Shown: in pieces, positions 9,991 through 19,815 of the stretch | Numbering within the stretch: position 1 is the first letter of the stretch | Layout: every line of letters starts with the position of its first letter | From: an uncultured virus (IMG/VR IMGVR_UViG_2667527431_000001) | Taxonomy: Duplodnaviria; Heunggongvirae; Uroviricota; Caudoviricetes | Direction: 5' to 3' (one strand) | Length of the DNA stretch: 64,000 nucleotides | Virus record (IMG/VR): IMGVR_UViG_2667527431_000001 | The notes under the pieces: generated by a model | The model's input: the letters and a program-made list of their open reading frames with translations, nothing else | What the model was told of the DNA's origin: nothing | Databases searched by the model: none | Translations under genes and position numbers: made by a program

Positions 9991-11154
9991 TTAGGCTTCC
10001 AGAACTTCGGTCAGCCACTGGTTAGTAACTTCAACTTGAAAAATCGGGTTTTCCGCCGGCGGAACATCGGTAAAGCGGATGGTCCAATAAACTTTGCCCT
10101 GCTCGATCTGTGTGGCCGTGGTCTTCTCAAGGTCGGGGTAGACCTCAAAGTTGATAACCGCGCCTTGTGCCTTCAGGTCTCGCATAAAGGCGTTGATCGT
10201 CTCGGTGACGTCCTTGACGTAAGTCTTGGTGATGCCCCGATCGACCGCCCATTTCATGCCCGCTTGAATGGCATCCATGACCATGTCGGTGGTACGCACA
10301 CGGGTGACAAACGCCCACTTCACATCCGAGGACAGGGTGCGGTTGCCCCACAAGCGATAGCCGCCGTCACGGATGATGGTGGTGATATTGGCGCCGTTGA
10401 GCAGGTTGGCGCGGCAGGTCTTGTCGCCATCCAGATACTCGACCGGACGCACCGTGCCGGTGATACCGACAATTTCTTTGTTCGACGGCGACGACCAGAA
10501 ACCAAAGCGCGAATCGGTCTGCGCGAACAGGCCTGCAGCGATCGCAGAACCTGGCACCGACACGTCGCCGTTGAGCGCTGTGCTCCACTGCTTGACCGCC
10601 GGATCAACCATAAACAGGCGCTTGGAACCGAAGTTTTCGGCGTAGGCAATCGCCGCCTCGTCGGTAGTGTTCGGGCCGTCAATGATGCCGATCGCCTTCA
10701 ACTTGCCGGCCAGCACATCCATCGCGGTGGCCACCGCTTCCGTGGCGCTGTGCTTGGGCGCAATGACCAGCCGCGGCTGCAGGTTAAACAGGCTCTTGCC
10801 GTCCAGCAGCGCCTGCAGGCCGGTACGCGTGCCATCGGCTGACACGCCACCAATCACGGCACTGGTCAGCACGGCCGCCTCGGTATCTGCCGGCACACCC
10901 ACAGCCACGATCGCGGCAGCCGACTGGTTAAAAATCGCCTTGCACGCCCGGGTAATGGCCGAGTCAGCACCGAACGCGGCCACCGCTTCGCTCTCACGGG
11001 TCAACAGGGTGGGCACGTTGGACTCCACCAGACCCAGCCCCGGGCTAAAGGTATCGACAATGCCAATGATCGAAGACGAGGGCAGCGCGATGGTGCGGGC
11101 GCCGGTCTCGACCAGCGACACGGTAATGCCGTGAAAGAAGTCGGTAAGACTCAT
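9991..11154 (-). CDS. Tail sheath protein (P2 FI-like)
   Basis: FHGI start, WSSPSN, GYRLWGNRT, PPAENP motifs. Confidence 0.95.
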   Translation of the reverse strand: MSLTDFFHGITVSLVETGARTIALPSSSIIGIVDTFSPGLGLVESNVPTLLTRESEAVAAFGADSAITRACKAIFNQSAAAIVAVGVPADTEAAVLTSAVIGGVSADGTRTGLQALLDGKSLFNLQPRLVIAPKHSATEAVATAMDVLAGKLKAIGIIDGPNTTDEAAIAYAENFGSKRLFMVDPAVKQWSTALNGDVSVPGSAIAAGLFAQTDSRFGFWSSPSNKEIVGITGTVRPVEYLDGDKTCRANLLNGANITTIIRDGGYRLWGNRTLSSDVKWAFVTRVRTTDMVMDAIQAGMKWAVDRGITKTYVKDVTETINAFMRDLKAQGAVINFEVYPDLEKTTATQIEQGKVYWTIRFTDVPPAENPIFQVEVTNQWLTEVLEA

Positions 11155-11220
11155 AATTTTCTCCATAGAAACGAAAAAACCGCCCTATTGGCGGTTGCGG
11201 TACTGCGTTGAAACCTGTGT

Positions 11221-12531
11221 TTACATCGGTGTGACGCGATACCCGACCGCGATCCAGCGAAAGCCGAATTGCTGAACCAGAGGGGTATATTCTGTGAAGC
11301 TCAGCAGGCAGTCCGTGGCTGTTATGTTTTGTTCGTTCAACGTACACGTCACCGACGCGGCCGAAACAACACCGCCGGGATACTGCGTAACCACCGGAAT
11401 AACGATAAAAGGCTTGGTATCGAACGGATAAGTAAAAACAACCTTTGCGTTGAGCATGCCACCGGGCAAGTCCCCCATCCACCGGCTGCCCCACTGCACA
11501 AAAAAACCGGTGTCCTTATCCCACCAGTAACCCGCCGGGTCGTGATACAAGCTCGAAGGCACACCGGCCCCTAGGGCGGTGCGGGCTGCAGCCGGCGTAT
11601 CACCACCAGTGCCTCCCCGCACGATCGGCAAAATGCCGCTGCTCAACTTGCCGGTGTCCAGCGCGGCCAGAGCCAACTGGATGTTGACGTCGCCACTGCC
11701 GTCGAACCACCCCATGCCCGTGGCAGCGCCGCCAAAGGTCAGCGCCCGACCGGTCTGCAACTTGGTCGCCGTACCGGCGTTGGCCGAGGTCGGGCGGCTC
11801 AAGGTACCGGTGGTAATCTTGCTGGCATCCAGCGCCGGAATATCCCCCTGAATCAGCGACTGGGCGCCAGTCACCAGCCCCTTGGCGTTTACCGTGACCT
11901 TGCTGTAAGTCCCGGCCGCCACACCCGAATCGGCAAGGGTCATCGGGATATCAATGTCGCCACTGCCGTCGAAAAAACCCTGCCCCGTCACCGCACCTTT
12001 GTAGGTCAGAAACCGGCCGGCATACAGCTTGCTTGCCGAGCTTGCATTGCCCTTGGTGATTTCTTCACGCACGGTCGACAGGGTCGCCGTGACCAGCGTC
12101 GGATCGTCCTGAATCGTGATATTGGCCGTGCTGCTGACGAGGATCTGCAGGCGGATGCCTTGGGTACGGCCGGTGCCCTGAGCCAGTGTCGGCTTGTAGG
12201 TCGGCGGGTAGCTGGCCACTGCCACCAGTGCGCCGGTCGAGTCATACAAGCCGACCTCACGCACCCACCAACCGCCGATATCGGACGGCAGGATCAACTC
12301 GGCGCTGATCACCGGCCGATCGGCCCGCACCGTCAAACGGTTGAGCTTGAGTCGCACGTTCTCGTGGATCAGCTTTTTCTGCAGCTTGGATGGGATCGGT
12401 GTTACGCCATTACCATCGCCGACGCCCATATGGGTGATGTTCCAGGGCGTACCGCTTGCGATCGCCTTGGCCTGCTGCGCCGCGCCAACATCCGTTAGCA
12501 TGGCGATATACAACGTGTTTTGCTCTGCCAT
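11221..12531 (-). CDS. Tail fibre (P2 gpH-like N-terminus, gp53-like C-terminus)
   Basis: GDGNG, GGWWVREVGL, duplicated FDGSGD shaft repeats, FVQWG tip motif. Confidence 0.9.
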   Translation of the reverse strand: MAEQNTLYIAMLTDVGAAQQAKAIASGTPWNITHMGVGDGNGVTPIPSKLQKKLIHENVRLKLNRLTVRADRPVISAELILPSDIGGWWVREVGLYDSTGALVAVASYPPTYKPTLAQGTGRTQGIRLQILVSSTANITIQDDPTLVTATLSTVREEITKGNASSASKLYAGRFLTYKGAVTGQGFFDGSGDIDIPMTLADSGVAAGTYSKVTVNAKGLVTGAQSLIQGDIPALDASKITTGTLSRPTSANAGTATKLQTGRALTFGGAATGMGWFDGSGDVNIQLALAALDTGKLSSGILPIVRGGTGGDTPAAARTALGAGVPSSLYHDPAGYWWDKDTGFFVQWGSRWMGDLPGGMLNAKVVFTYPFDTKPFIVIPVVTQYPGGVVSAASVTCTLNEQNITATDCLLSFTEYTPLVQQFGFRWIAVGYRVTPM

Positions 12532-12552
12532 GAATGTGCCTAATTGAGTGAG

Positions 12553-15390
12553 TTACAGCGGCATGGGAGCGCCGTAGATATTCGCCCCGGGGCCAAGGTT
12601 GCGGTACAGGATGTACAGGCCCAGGCCGCGCAGAATCTCCCCGGCCCAAAAGCCGAAGAACATGCCGTTATCCGTGCCCAGCCGCACCGCCGGCGACCAA
12701 CAGCCGTTCATGGGTTGGCCCGGTACCGGCGTGACCACATAGTGGGTTTGCAGCTCGGTCACACAGGCCTCGATCAAACCGTCCAACCCCGCCACCTGAC
12801 TGCCCGCCAACCCCGCCAGACAGGCACCGGCCAGCCACAGCCCGGTCATATGGCCGGTGAAGTCCTCCGCCATCGGCTTGGCCGTGCTGGTCATGGGAAA
12901 GTCCGTGGGCAGAATGCCGCCCGAGGCTTTAACAAACTGGACCAGCCAACTCAGCCAGTTTTCCGCGTAGGCCTTGAGCTTTGCCGGCACCGCTTTGCCT
13001 TGGCTGGCCAGCTCGTACCACGCCCGGCACGCGCCCATCATTGCTCGGGGCTGGTAGCCGCTCCACGCCGTGCCGTTGCCCCAGTGGTACATCGTCCAGG
13101 TATCCGGCTTGCCGTACTTGTAGTTATCCCAACGGTTCCACACATAGGCCGATGCGCCCGGGCCCAACTGGCCGAACTTCTGCGCGTACCACTGCTGCGA
13201 GTCGTACAGAAACTCGACCATCTGATTGAGCCGGGGCCCGTATTCATTGAGCGGGTCGATGCAGTAAATCAGCGGGTACTGATAACCCGGGTACGGCATG
13301 CCGTGCCATGCGCCGATCTGGTCGGTGCCCTCGGCGTAGATATTGGAAAACGGGATTACCCCGGGGCAGTACGCCAACGAATCGTCACGGTATTGCAGGA
13401 TGGTGCAATCCCCCACCAGCGCCCGGAACTTGGCCTGCCCCTTGACCGTCAGCCGATAGTTCAGCGTGTAGCCATCCTCGGCCGCAAAGGCCGGGGGGAC
13501 GTCATTGATGCAGTAATACGAGAACGTCAGATTGGTGTCTGAGCTGTCATCCATCAGGATTGAAAAGCCGTCTACCTCGGTGTACTTCGGCGCGCTCGGC
13601 TCGGGACGATCCTCGGCCCCGGGCTGGTAGCCCGACAGCGTGGCGTCCTCGGGCCGGATCACCAGCGTGACCCAGGCACCCGCCGTTGCCGGCAACATCC
13701 ACCACCACCGCCACCCGTCAGCATCGACAATGCGCAGATTGAAATTGCCGTCAGCGCGGTAGGTGATGCTCTGCAGCGGCGCCTTTTCGGTTGGCAGCAG
13801 CCAGTGCCCGACGCTGTACCAGCCATCATCGGTGGGGAAAATCGAGCTGACCACGTTGCCGCCGCGCCCTTCAAAAATCCCCGGCTCGTAGCCTTCCTCA
13901 GACACGATATCGTCCGAGTGCGAGACGGCACGCAGGTCGGCCATGATGTACTCAGAGCCGTCATCCTTGCTCAGCCGGGTAAAGCTGCTCAGCGGGATAT
14001 CGTGGGCGACCACTTCGATGTTGGACACCGACTTGGGCAGCGCACAGCTGTACTTGATCCCGCTGCCCTCGACCTTGCTGGGCGACACCACCAGCTCGAC
14101 CTTGGCATTGAGCGGCGCATTGAAGGTGTCCACGCCGCCGTAACAGGTGCGTACCAGTGAGTCCTTGCTGATCCTGAACCACACCGCCTGCTGCTCCAGG
14201 GACACTTGCGCCGCATCGGCGCAATCCACGGTGATGTAACCCATTGAGTCGCGGTTGATCACCGGCTCTGCATCGCTCGGGTAACTGAACTGGTAGGCAA
14301 TGCCGTCCGTGTAGGGCGTCAGCTCGGTGCGGCTTTGCCGGAAAAAGCGGTCGCTGGAGTCAATCTGCGTGTACTCATGGGCGGTAAAGCGGCACGCATC
14401 CATCGCCTTCTTGTAGCGGCTCTCGCCGGTGATCCGCCAGAGCATGTAACAGGCGTCCATGTACCACTGTTCACCATCGGCCGCGTTGCCCATCTGGTTG
14501 ACGCTGCCCAGCAACGGCACATGCAACGGCCGGTTGTGCTGTACCGCGTTACGCGGGATCAGGTAGCCGCCGTGCTCCACCGGCTGACGGGTGGCGTAGT
14601 TCAGCTTGTGCTCCCCGTTCACCGCCGTACTTTTGAGCTGGACCTGCCCGCGCTCTTCCAGCGGGTGGCCTTCGGAAAGCACGTCACCATCGGCGTTAAT
14701 CTTTTGCCCGGTCCACGCGATGATCCAGTCCACATCGAACTGGCTGCCCGTCTTGTCCCAGTCAATCGAGCCGTCTTCTTTGACTGCCTGCACCGTGGCG
14801 TTGATCGCCTCCCAGGCCAATGCGCCGTCAAAGGCAAAGGTCGCCTTGTCCAGATATTCGCCCCAGTGCGGCGCACCGTGGGGAATCGACAACGCGCCGT
14901 TGGCGAACTCAAAGGGAACACCCTTGAACCCGCTGTGGGTGGGCTCGGCAGCATCAATCGGCCAGTTGGCCAGCACCGGTTCCTTGGAATTGACGATCCA
15001 GTTGGCAATGCGCCGCTGTGGCGTGTCAGGGATTGGCTGGCCCGCGTAGAAATACGCCTCGTAAGCCTCCCAGTGCCACACCGCCGCGTCCAGATAGCGC
15101 TGATCCTTGGTCGCCAGATAGGCATGCGCGTAACCGAGGATATGCAGCGCCTGCCCCTCGGTGGTGCCGTCGCCGTTGGGCTGGTACTCCATTTGCGAGT
15201 GCGCGATAAAGTGCCGGTTGTTGGCCAGCACGCCCTGCAGGTTCTGCGCGTAGTGCTGCAGCGTGGCGTCGTTGGTGTCGCCGGTGTTGTGCTTGAGAAA
15301 ACGGTGATGGCCTTCGATCATGCTCAGCGCATTGTTCAGGCCGGTTTTCTGGCTGGCCGGGCGACGGCTGTTAAGCGGGGACAGATGCAT
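12553..15390 (-). CDS. Large tail-associated protein with GH8-like glycoside hydrolase motifs (putative depolymerase)
   Basis: TTEGQA and AADGEQW resemble GH8 TSEGQ and ASDGD motifs; lies inside the baseplate/fibre operon. Confidence 0.6.
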   Translation of the reverse strand: MHLSPLNSRRPASQKTGLNNALSMIEGHHRFLKHNTGDTNDATLQHYAQNLQGVLANNRHFIAHSQMEYQPNGDGTTEGQALHILGYAHAYLATKDQRYLDAAVWHWEAYEAYFYAGQPIPDTPQRRIANWIVNSKEPVLANWPIDAAEPTHSGFKGVPFEFANGALSIPHGAPHWGEYLDKATFAFDGALAWEAINATVQAVKEDGSIDWDKTGSQFDVDWIIAWTGQKINADGDVLSEGHPLEERGQVQLKSTAVNGEHKLNYATRQPVEHGGYLIPRNAVQHNRPLHVPLLGSVNQMGNAADGEQWYMDACYMLWRITGESRYKKAMDACRFTAHEYTQIDSSDRFFRQSRTELTPYTDGIAYQFSYPSDAEPVINRDSMGYITVDCADAAQVSLEQQAVWFRISKDSLVRTCYGGVDTFNAPLNAKVELVVSPSKVEGSGIKYSCALPKSVSNIEVVAHDIPLSSFTRLSKDDGSEYIMADLRAVSHSDDIVSEEGYEPGIFEGRGGNVVSSIFPTDDGWYSVGHWLLPTEKAPLQSITYRADGNFNLRIVDADGWRWWWMLPATAGAWVTLVIRPEDATLSGYQPGAEDRPEPSAPKYTEVDGFSILMDDSSDTNLTFSYYCINDVPPAFAAEDGYTLNYRLTVKGQAKFRALVGDCTILQYRDDSLAYCPGVIPFSNIYAEGTDQIGAWHGMPYPGYQYPLIYCIDPLNEYGPRLNQMVEFLYDSQQWYAQKFGQLGPGASAYVWNRWDNYKYGKPDTWTMYHWGNGTAWSGYQPRAMMGACRAWYELASQGKAVPAKLKAYAENWLSWLVQFVKASGGILPTDFPMTSTAKPMAEDFTGHMTGLWLAGACLAGLAGSQVAGLDGLIEACVTELQTHYVVTPVPGQPMNGCWSPAVRLGTDNGMFFGFWAGEILRGLGLYILYRNLGPGANIYGAPMPL

Positions 15391-15898
15391 CGAACCAACT
15401 CCCATCAAAAAAGCCCAACCAACCGCCACCGTCTGACATGAATGTCAGCACGTCCGCCGCGCCCGCCTCGTAGGCCAGCACCGGCGGGCGCTTGCTTGAC
15501 CAGTGAACGCTGGCCGGAAACGTGACCTTATTCGCCCCGGTGCCCTGACGCAGGCGCACCGTGAATGACCAGGTGTAACCCGCTGGCACATCGGTATTGA
15601 GAAACGTGAGCAAGCATTGCGGCTTGTCCAGCGTCACGTCGAAGAACGACACGCCGTTGGTGTAGGCCACGTCCAGAGCCAACGCGGCGCCGGCAGACGG
15701 GATCGCCCGCTTGCGCGGCAGCAACAGGCCGCCGGTCAAGTCGGTGATCATCTTGGCCAGTGCCAGGAGCGTGGGCGAAGGCCCGGAAGCGGTCTCGACA
15801 ACCACGTCCGCCGGCAGGTGAACAATGTCATGGGCCGTTTGCGCTGCTGTTTCCATCAGCTCGATAGCCGCCCGTTGGCGGTCAGACATTTCGCTCAT
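15371..15898 (-). CDS. Short tail adaptor/fibre-like protein
   Basis: ATGA overlap with gpI; VETASGPSPT anchor-like N-terminus and beta-rich C-terminus. Confidence 0.65.
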   Translation of the reverse strand: MSEMSDRQRAAIELMETAAQTAHDIVHLPADVVVETASGPSPTLLALAKMITDLTGGLLLPRKRAIPSAGAALALDVAYTNGVSFFDVTLDKPQCLLTFLNTDVPAGYTWSFTVRLRQGTGANKVTFPASVHWSSKRPPVLAYEAGAADVLTFMSDGGGWLGFFDGSWFDASVPA

Positions 15899-16533
15899 GT
15901 AACCCTCATCAGGCCCGGTAAGGCGAAGTTGGAGAAGTAATAGAGGTCGTTGGCCGACAGCTCCAGATTGATCAGGTCGAGGTCGTCCGACCACAGCTCA
16001 GGTGATGAAATAGTGACCTCGTCACCCGAAGAAATACCGGCGCCGATGTAGTAGGTGCCGTCCGGGCTAAAGGTGATGCTCAGCCCCACCAGATGCCGGC
16101 TGACCGGCTTGGTGTCGTTGATCATCCGTTCCAGCTCGGCAATGGCCGTGTCGCTCAGGCCGCTGTCGAACAGGGCCAGACTCATGGTGAACGTGCCCGG
16201 TTCGCCCATCGGCTCCAGTTCGTGCCACTCGGTGATATCCAAAATGTCCGCGAACGGTTCGACCACCCGGCGCAGCGCGCCCACGGTGCCCTTGCGCTTG
16301 TGGACTTCAAACGCATCCTTGACCACCTTGCGCTTGATCGTCTCGGACCATTCCGGGTCCCAGCGATCGACACTGCGCTGGATGGCCAGCCACGGCAGCA
16401 GTGCCGCCGGGCAGTTCTCGACCGAGTGGACTTGACGCAGCACGTTGGCCAGCTCGACGTCACCCGTCGAAAGCTGGGCAAGCGCCTCTTCCAGCGACAC
16501 GCGATTGCTCGGCAACAGGCTGGAATCACTCAT
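15895..16533 (-). CDS. P2 gpI-like baseplate protein
   Basis: LLPSN, CPAALLPWLA, HKRKGT, KPVSRH motifs. Confidence 0.92.
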   Translation of the reverse strand: MSDSSLLPSNRVSLEEALAQLSTGDVELANVLRQVHSVENCPAALLPWLAIQRSVDRWDPEWSETIKRKVVKDAFEVHKRKGTVGALRRVVEPFADILDITEWHELEPMGEPGTFTMSLALFDSGLSDTAIAELERMINDTKPVSRHLVGLSITFSPDGTYYIGAGISSGDEVTISSPELWSDDLDLINLELSANDLYYFSNFALPGLMRVT

Positions 16534-17416
16534 CAGTGCCACCGATTACCACGCTGGCCTTGATGCAGTTGGCCGCTTGCGTATCCAGCACCACCACATC
16601 CGCCGCCGGGTGTATCAGCTCGACCCGCTGCACCCGGGACACATGCAGCGCGGCATGGATGGCCGATTTGCGGATATCCCGCCCCAGACGGCGCTGCGTG
16701 TTCACATAGCGCTCCAGCGAGGCGTTGGCCTCGGCCAGACTCAGCTCCATTTCCGGGCCCGGGTACAGGTACAGCACCGCCTCAATCTTGTAGTCGACCA
16801 GCTCGGCCGACCGCACCAGAAGGCGATCACCCACGGGGCGCACGTCCTCATCACTGAGCGCGACCCGCACCTTTTCCAGCAGATCGGCCGACGCCTTACC
16901 GTCGCCAAGACGGCTCAGAATGCTGACCAGCACCGTGGCCGGGCTCGGGCTGCTGGCCCGGGCATCCGCCACCCGACCATCCGCCGACAGCGCATGAAAC
17001 ACATAAGCATCCCGGGGGCCCGCGATCGACATGCCCTCAAAGGCCAGCAACGTGCGCTCGACCAGAGAATCGTCCGACTCGTATTGCGCCTCGATCGGCG
17101 ACACTGCAGCGGGGTCAGCCTCGACCACGGTCAGGCGCTTGACGTTGTAGTTAGCCGCCAAATGGTCCACGTCGCTGCCCCGAGCAAACGCCAACAGCAG
17201 CGCCTTGGCCGCGTCGTTGATCCGCGCCCTTTCCATCATCTTGTCGTAAGCGCGCTTTTCCAGCAGCTTGACCACCGGCTCAGACTCCAGCGGAGCCGAC
17301 CAGTTCTTGCCCATCAAGGCGCGAAAGTCGGTCAGCGCCTCCTGATACAGCGTCTCAAAATCCAGCGGCTCCAGCACAATCGGCGCCGGCAAGCGGGACA
17401 GGTCCAGAGTACTCAT
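16526..17416 (-). CDS. Baseplate J-like protein
   Basis: LDLSRLPAP, AGPRDAY, VRPVGDR motifs. Confidence 0.93.
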   Translation of the reverse strand: MSTLDLSRLPAPIVLEPLDFETLYQEALTDFRALMGKNWSAPLESEPVVKLLEKRAYDKMMERARINDAAKALLLAFARGSDVDHLAANYNVKRLTVVEADPAAVSPIEAQYESDDSLVERTLLAFEGMSIAGPRDAYVFHALSADGRVADARASSPSPATVLVSILSRLGDGKASADLLEKVRVALSDEDVRPVGDRLLVRSAELVDYKIEAVLYLYPGPEMELSLAEANASLERYVNTQRRLGRDIRKSAIHAALHVSRVQRVELIHPAADVVVLDTQAANCIKASVVIGGTDE

Positions 17417-17739
17417 ACAGTCACATCCAATAGCTTGCTATCGCCCAGAAAGGTGCCCGACAGGCGAAAGGTGATACGCCCGCTCAGCACGGACACGACT
17501 TGAACCCGGGTCAGCTCCAGACGCGGCTCCCAGCGATTCAGGGCGCGGGCAGCTTCGGCCTGCACGGCGCTTTTCCAGCCCTCAGAAACGGGCAAGTCAA
17601 CAAAGCGGCGGATCGTGCTGCCGTACTCGGGACGCATCAGCCGCGACCCCATAGGCGTGGTCAAAATGTCTTCAATGGACTGCAGCAGGTGATCGAGGCC
17701 CGAGATAGGCTGCCCGGTGTGGCGGTCCATTCCGATCAT
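17413..17739 (-). CDS. gpW/gp25-like baseplate wedge protein
   Basis: TTPMGSRLMRPEYGS, WEPR motifs. Confidence 0.93.
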   Translation of the reverse strand: MIGMDRHTGQPISGLDHLLQSIEDILTTPMGSRLMRPEYGSTIRRFVDLPVSEGWKSAVQAEAARALNRWEPRLELTRVQVVSVLSGRITFRLSGTFLGDSKLLDVTV

Positions 17740-17743
17740 GGGG

Positions 17744-17941
17744 CTACTCCGGCAGACGCTCTAGGTCGGGGTGTTTATCGAGAAAGGTCTGCGCTTCAGC
17801 GTCCGACACCTCGACGCGGTGTTTTCTGACCTCCAGCGTTCGGCCGTTACGCATCACCAGCGTGCGGGAGATAAAAGCAGTGTCGCGATAGGCCACCGGG
17901 GCGCTGGGCGCCTCATCAATCGGGGTTGGTTTGCTCGCCAT
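17744..17941 (-). CDS. Small hypothetical tail-region protein
   Basis: 65-aa ORF with AGGAG RBS between gpV and gpW. Confidence 0.65.
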   Translation of the reverse strand: MASKPTPIDEAPSAPVAYRDTAFISRTLVMRNGRTLEVRKHRVEVSDAEAQTFLDKHPDLERLPE

Positions 17942-17986
17942 TGTTTTCTCCTGGCATGAAAAAACCCGCACTGGGCGGGTCTTGGT

Positions 17987-18568
17987 TTAATGCTTGTGGT
18001 TGGGTGTATTGCCGCTGGTGTCGATAATTGCCCCGCCACCATTGATATCGCCCGTTACGCGTAACGCGCCATTTATCAGCACTTCGCCATAGATCGTCAC
18101 ATCACCATCCAGCGCGATCGCCCCGGACGTGACGACCACGGCGTTATCCGTAACGGTGGCCGAAGAACTACCAACCTTGATATCCACCGAGCCTGACGGC
18201 AGCTCAATGATGTAGCTGTGGGCCTGCCAGTCGTAGGTCAGCGAACCACCATCATCAAACAGCCAGCGCTCGACGTGATCGCGGTTATCCGGGGCTGGCC
18301 CGGCATCGCCAAACAACCCCGGCACAAAGGTGCCTTGTGACACGTCACCGCTCGGGCTGAGCAACGCGCCCTGCTCACCCATACTGGGCACCCGCCAGTG
18401 CCGCGCCTTGCCCGCTGCCTGACTGTGCCAACGCACCCAGGCACTGATCCATTCCCCGTCAGACACTCGACACACGGGCGGCCTGACAGTCAGGTCAAGG
18501 GCGACCACATAGCACTCCTTGACCACCCCGGCGATCATGCGGTCGTGCTCGGCAAGGGCATGGCTCAC
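17987..18568 (-). CDS. Baseplate spike gpV
   Basis: PSMGEQ, FDDGGSLTYD, C-terminal HKH. Confidence 0.92.
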   Translation of the reverse strand: MSHALAEHDRMIAGVVKECYVVALDLTVRPPVCRVSDGEWISAWVRWHSQAAGKARHWRVPSMGEQGALLSPSGDVSQGTFVPGLFGDAGPAPDNRDHVERWLFDDGGSLTYDWQAHSYIIELPSGSVDIKVGSSSATVTDNAVVVTSGAIALDGDVTIYGEVLINGALRVTGDINGGGAIIDTSGNTPNHKH

Positions 18569-19077
18569 GGGTCAACCTCATCGCCCACGCTGAACATCAG
18601 CGAGCCGGGCGTTTCGTCGGGCCACGGCCATTCAAATTCGCCAAAGTGAACAACCTGCATCCACTCAACGACCCACACGCAGAACTGAGCAAGCTCAGGC
18701 GTGGAGCCATCTGGCTGTACCTGTATGTTTTTAGGCGCGTCGACAAAGTCGAGGTCCCAATACTGATTGTGCAGCACGGTCGCAACCCGCCCCGCCAAAA
18801 TGGAAGCCTGCAGCGGCGCCCGCTTGCGCGTGGCATCGACCAATACCACTGCCTGAAAGCGACAGGTCAACGAGGTTTTACCCGTGCCAGTGTCCGAGGC
18901 GTCGCCCATGCCAGTCATGGCGAAGACCAAAGCCGGCTCCCCCATTTCCTTGTTCAGCTCGGGGTATGGCTCGACATGCTTAAAGGCGGGGATGCGCTCA
19001 CGAAAGATCGCCTCAATGGCATCGTGCAGCATCGTCAGCTCACTGACGGCCTCACTTGATATCGTCGGATCGTTCAC
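18565..19077 (-). CDS. Tail terminator/completion protein
   Basis: Position between head-tail joining gene and gpV; VWVVEW motif. Confidence 0.65.
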   Translation of the reverse strand: MNDPTISSEAVSELTMLHDAIEAIFRERIPAFKHVEPYPELNKEMGEPALVFAMTGMGDASDTGTGKTSLTCRFQAVVLVDATRKRAPLQASILAGRVATVLHNQYWDLDFVDAPKNIQVQPDGSTPELAQFCVWVVEWMQVVHFGEFEWPWPDETPGSLMFSVGDEVDP

Positions 19078-19432
19078 TGTCTGCCCCCAAAATCAGATCA
19101 ACCATGCCCGCACCGTCCGGCTCAGGCCTGACCATCTTGTAACGACCGCCGCCATCGACAGCCGGCAGGTCAATGGTGATGAATGCCCCACGCTTCACAT
19201 TGGCGGCATCGACTGAGCGCACGGTAAACGTGGGCTCCTTGATCTGGTCGGTATTGATCGCCGCGCCAAGGCGAAAGCCGCTCGCCTTGGCGCCGATCTG
19301 CGCACCGAGAAATGGCGACACAAACGCACCGCGAATCGTTGTGCCATCTTCCAGCGTGGCCTGATCGCCAAGGCGATCGATCAGAACGCGGTCCATCCGC
19401 GCCGCTCGCTCGCGAAAGCGATCAGCCGCCAT
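19052..19432 (-). CDS. Head-tail joining protein
   Basis: Position; PEPDGAG C-terminal motif. Confidence 0.65.
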   Translation of the reverse strand: MAADRFRERAARMDRVLIDRLGDQATLEDGTTIRGAFVSPFLGAQIGAKASGFRLGAAINTDQIKEPTFTVRSVDAANVKRGAFITIDLPAVDGGGRYKMVRPEPDGAGMVDLILGADSERSDDIK

Positions 19433-19752
19433 CAGGGGATCAACAACGCGGTGGCCACGTTACTGACCATATCGCTGCTCAGCTTGCCGAACGGCACTGA
19501 ATCAGCCGTGGCAGGGGCCACCAGAACGCCCGCTTTGACGCTGACTTTCTGGCCCTTTTTAAGGGCACCATCAGCCTTTACACGCCACTCGCCACGGGTA
19601 TGGCCCACCAGCTTGTCGCCTTCCAGACCACCACTGAGCGGGATCAGTACCAGATCATTGATGGCCACCGGCACACCAGCAACGGCGCCGCCGGCCGGGG
19701 CGATAAATTCTTGGGTTTCGCCACTGCTTACAAAATTCTTGGCCATAGCCAA
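19432..19752 (-). CDS. DUF2190-like capsid cement protein
   Basis: MAKNFV start, follows capsid gene. Confidence 0.8.
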   Translation of the reverse strand: MAMAKNFVSSGETQEFIAPAGGAVAGVPVAINDLVLIPLSGGLEGDKLVGHTRGEWRVKADGALKKGQKVSVKAGVLVAPATADSVPFGKLSSDMVSNVATALLIP

Positions 19753-19815
19753 TTTCTCCTGCTTTAAGAAACAACAAGCCCCGCACAGGGCGGGGCTCAG
19801 GGGTTACAGCGCGGC

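Noticed and set aside
11221..12531. Diversity-generating retroelement or invertible fibre cassette
   Set aside because: No reverse transcriptase, template/variable repeat pair or invertase with flanking inverted repeats was seen
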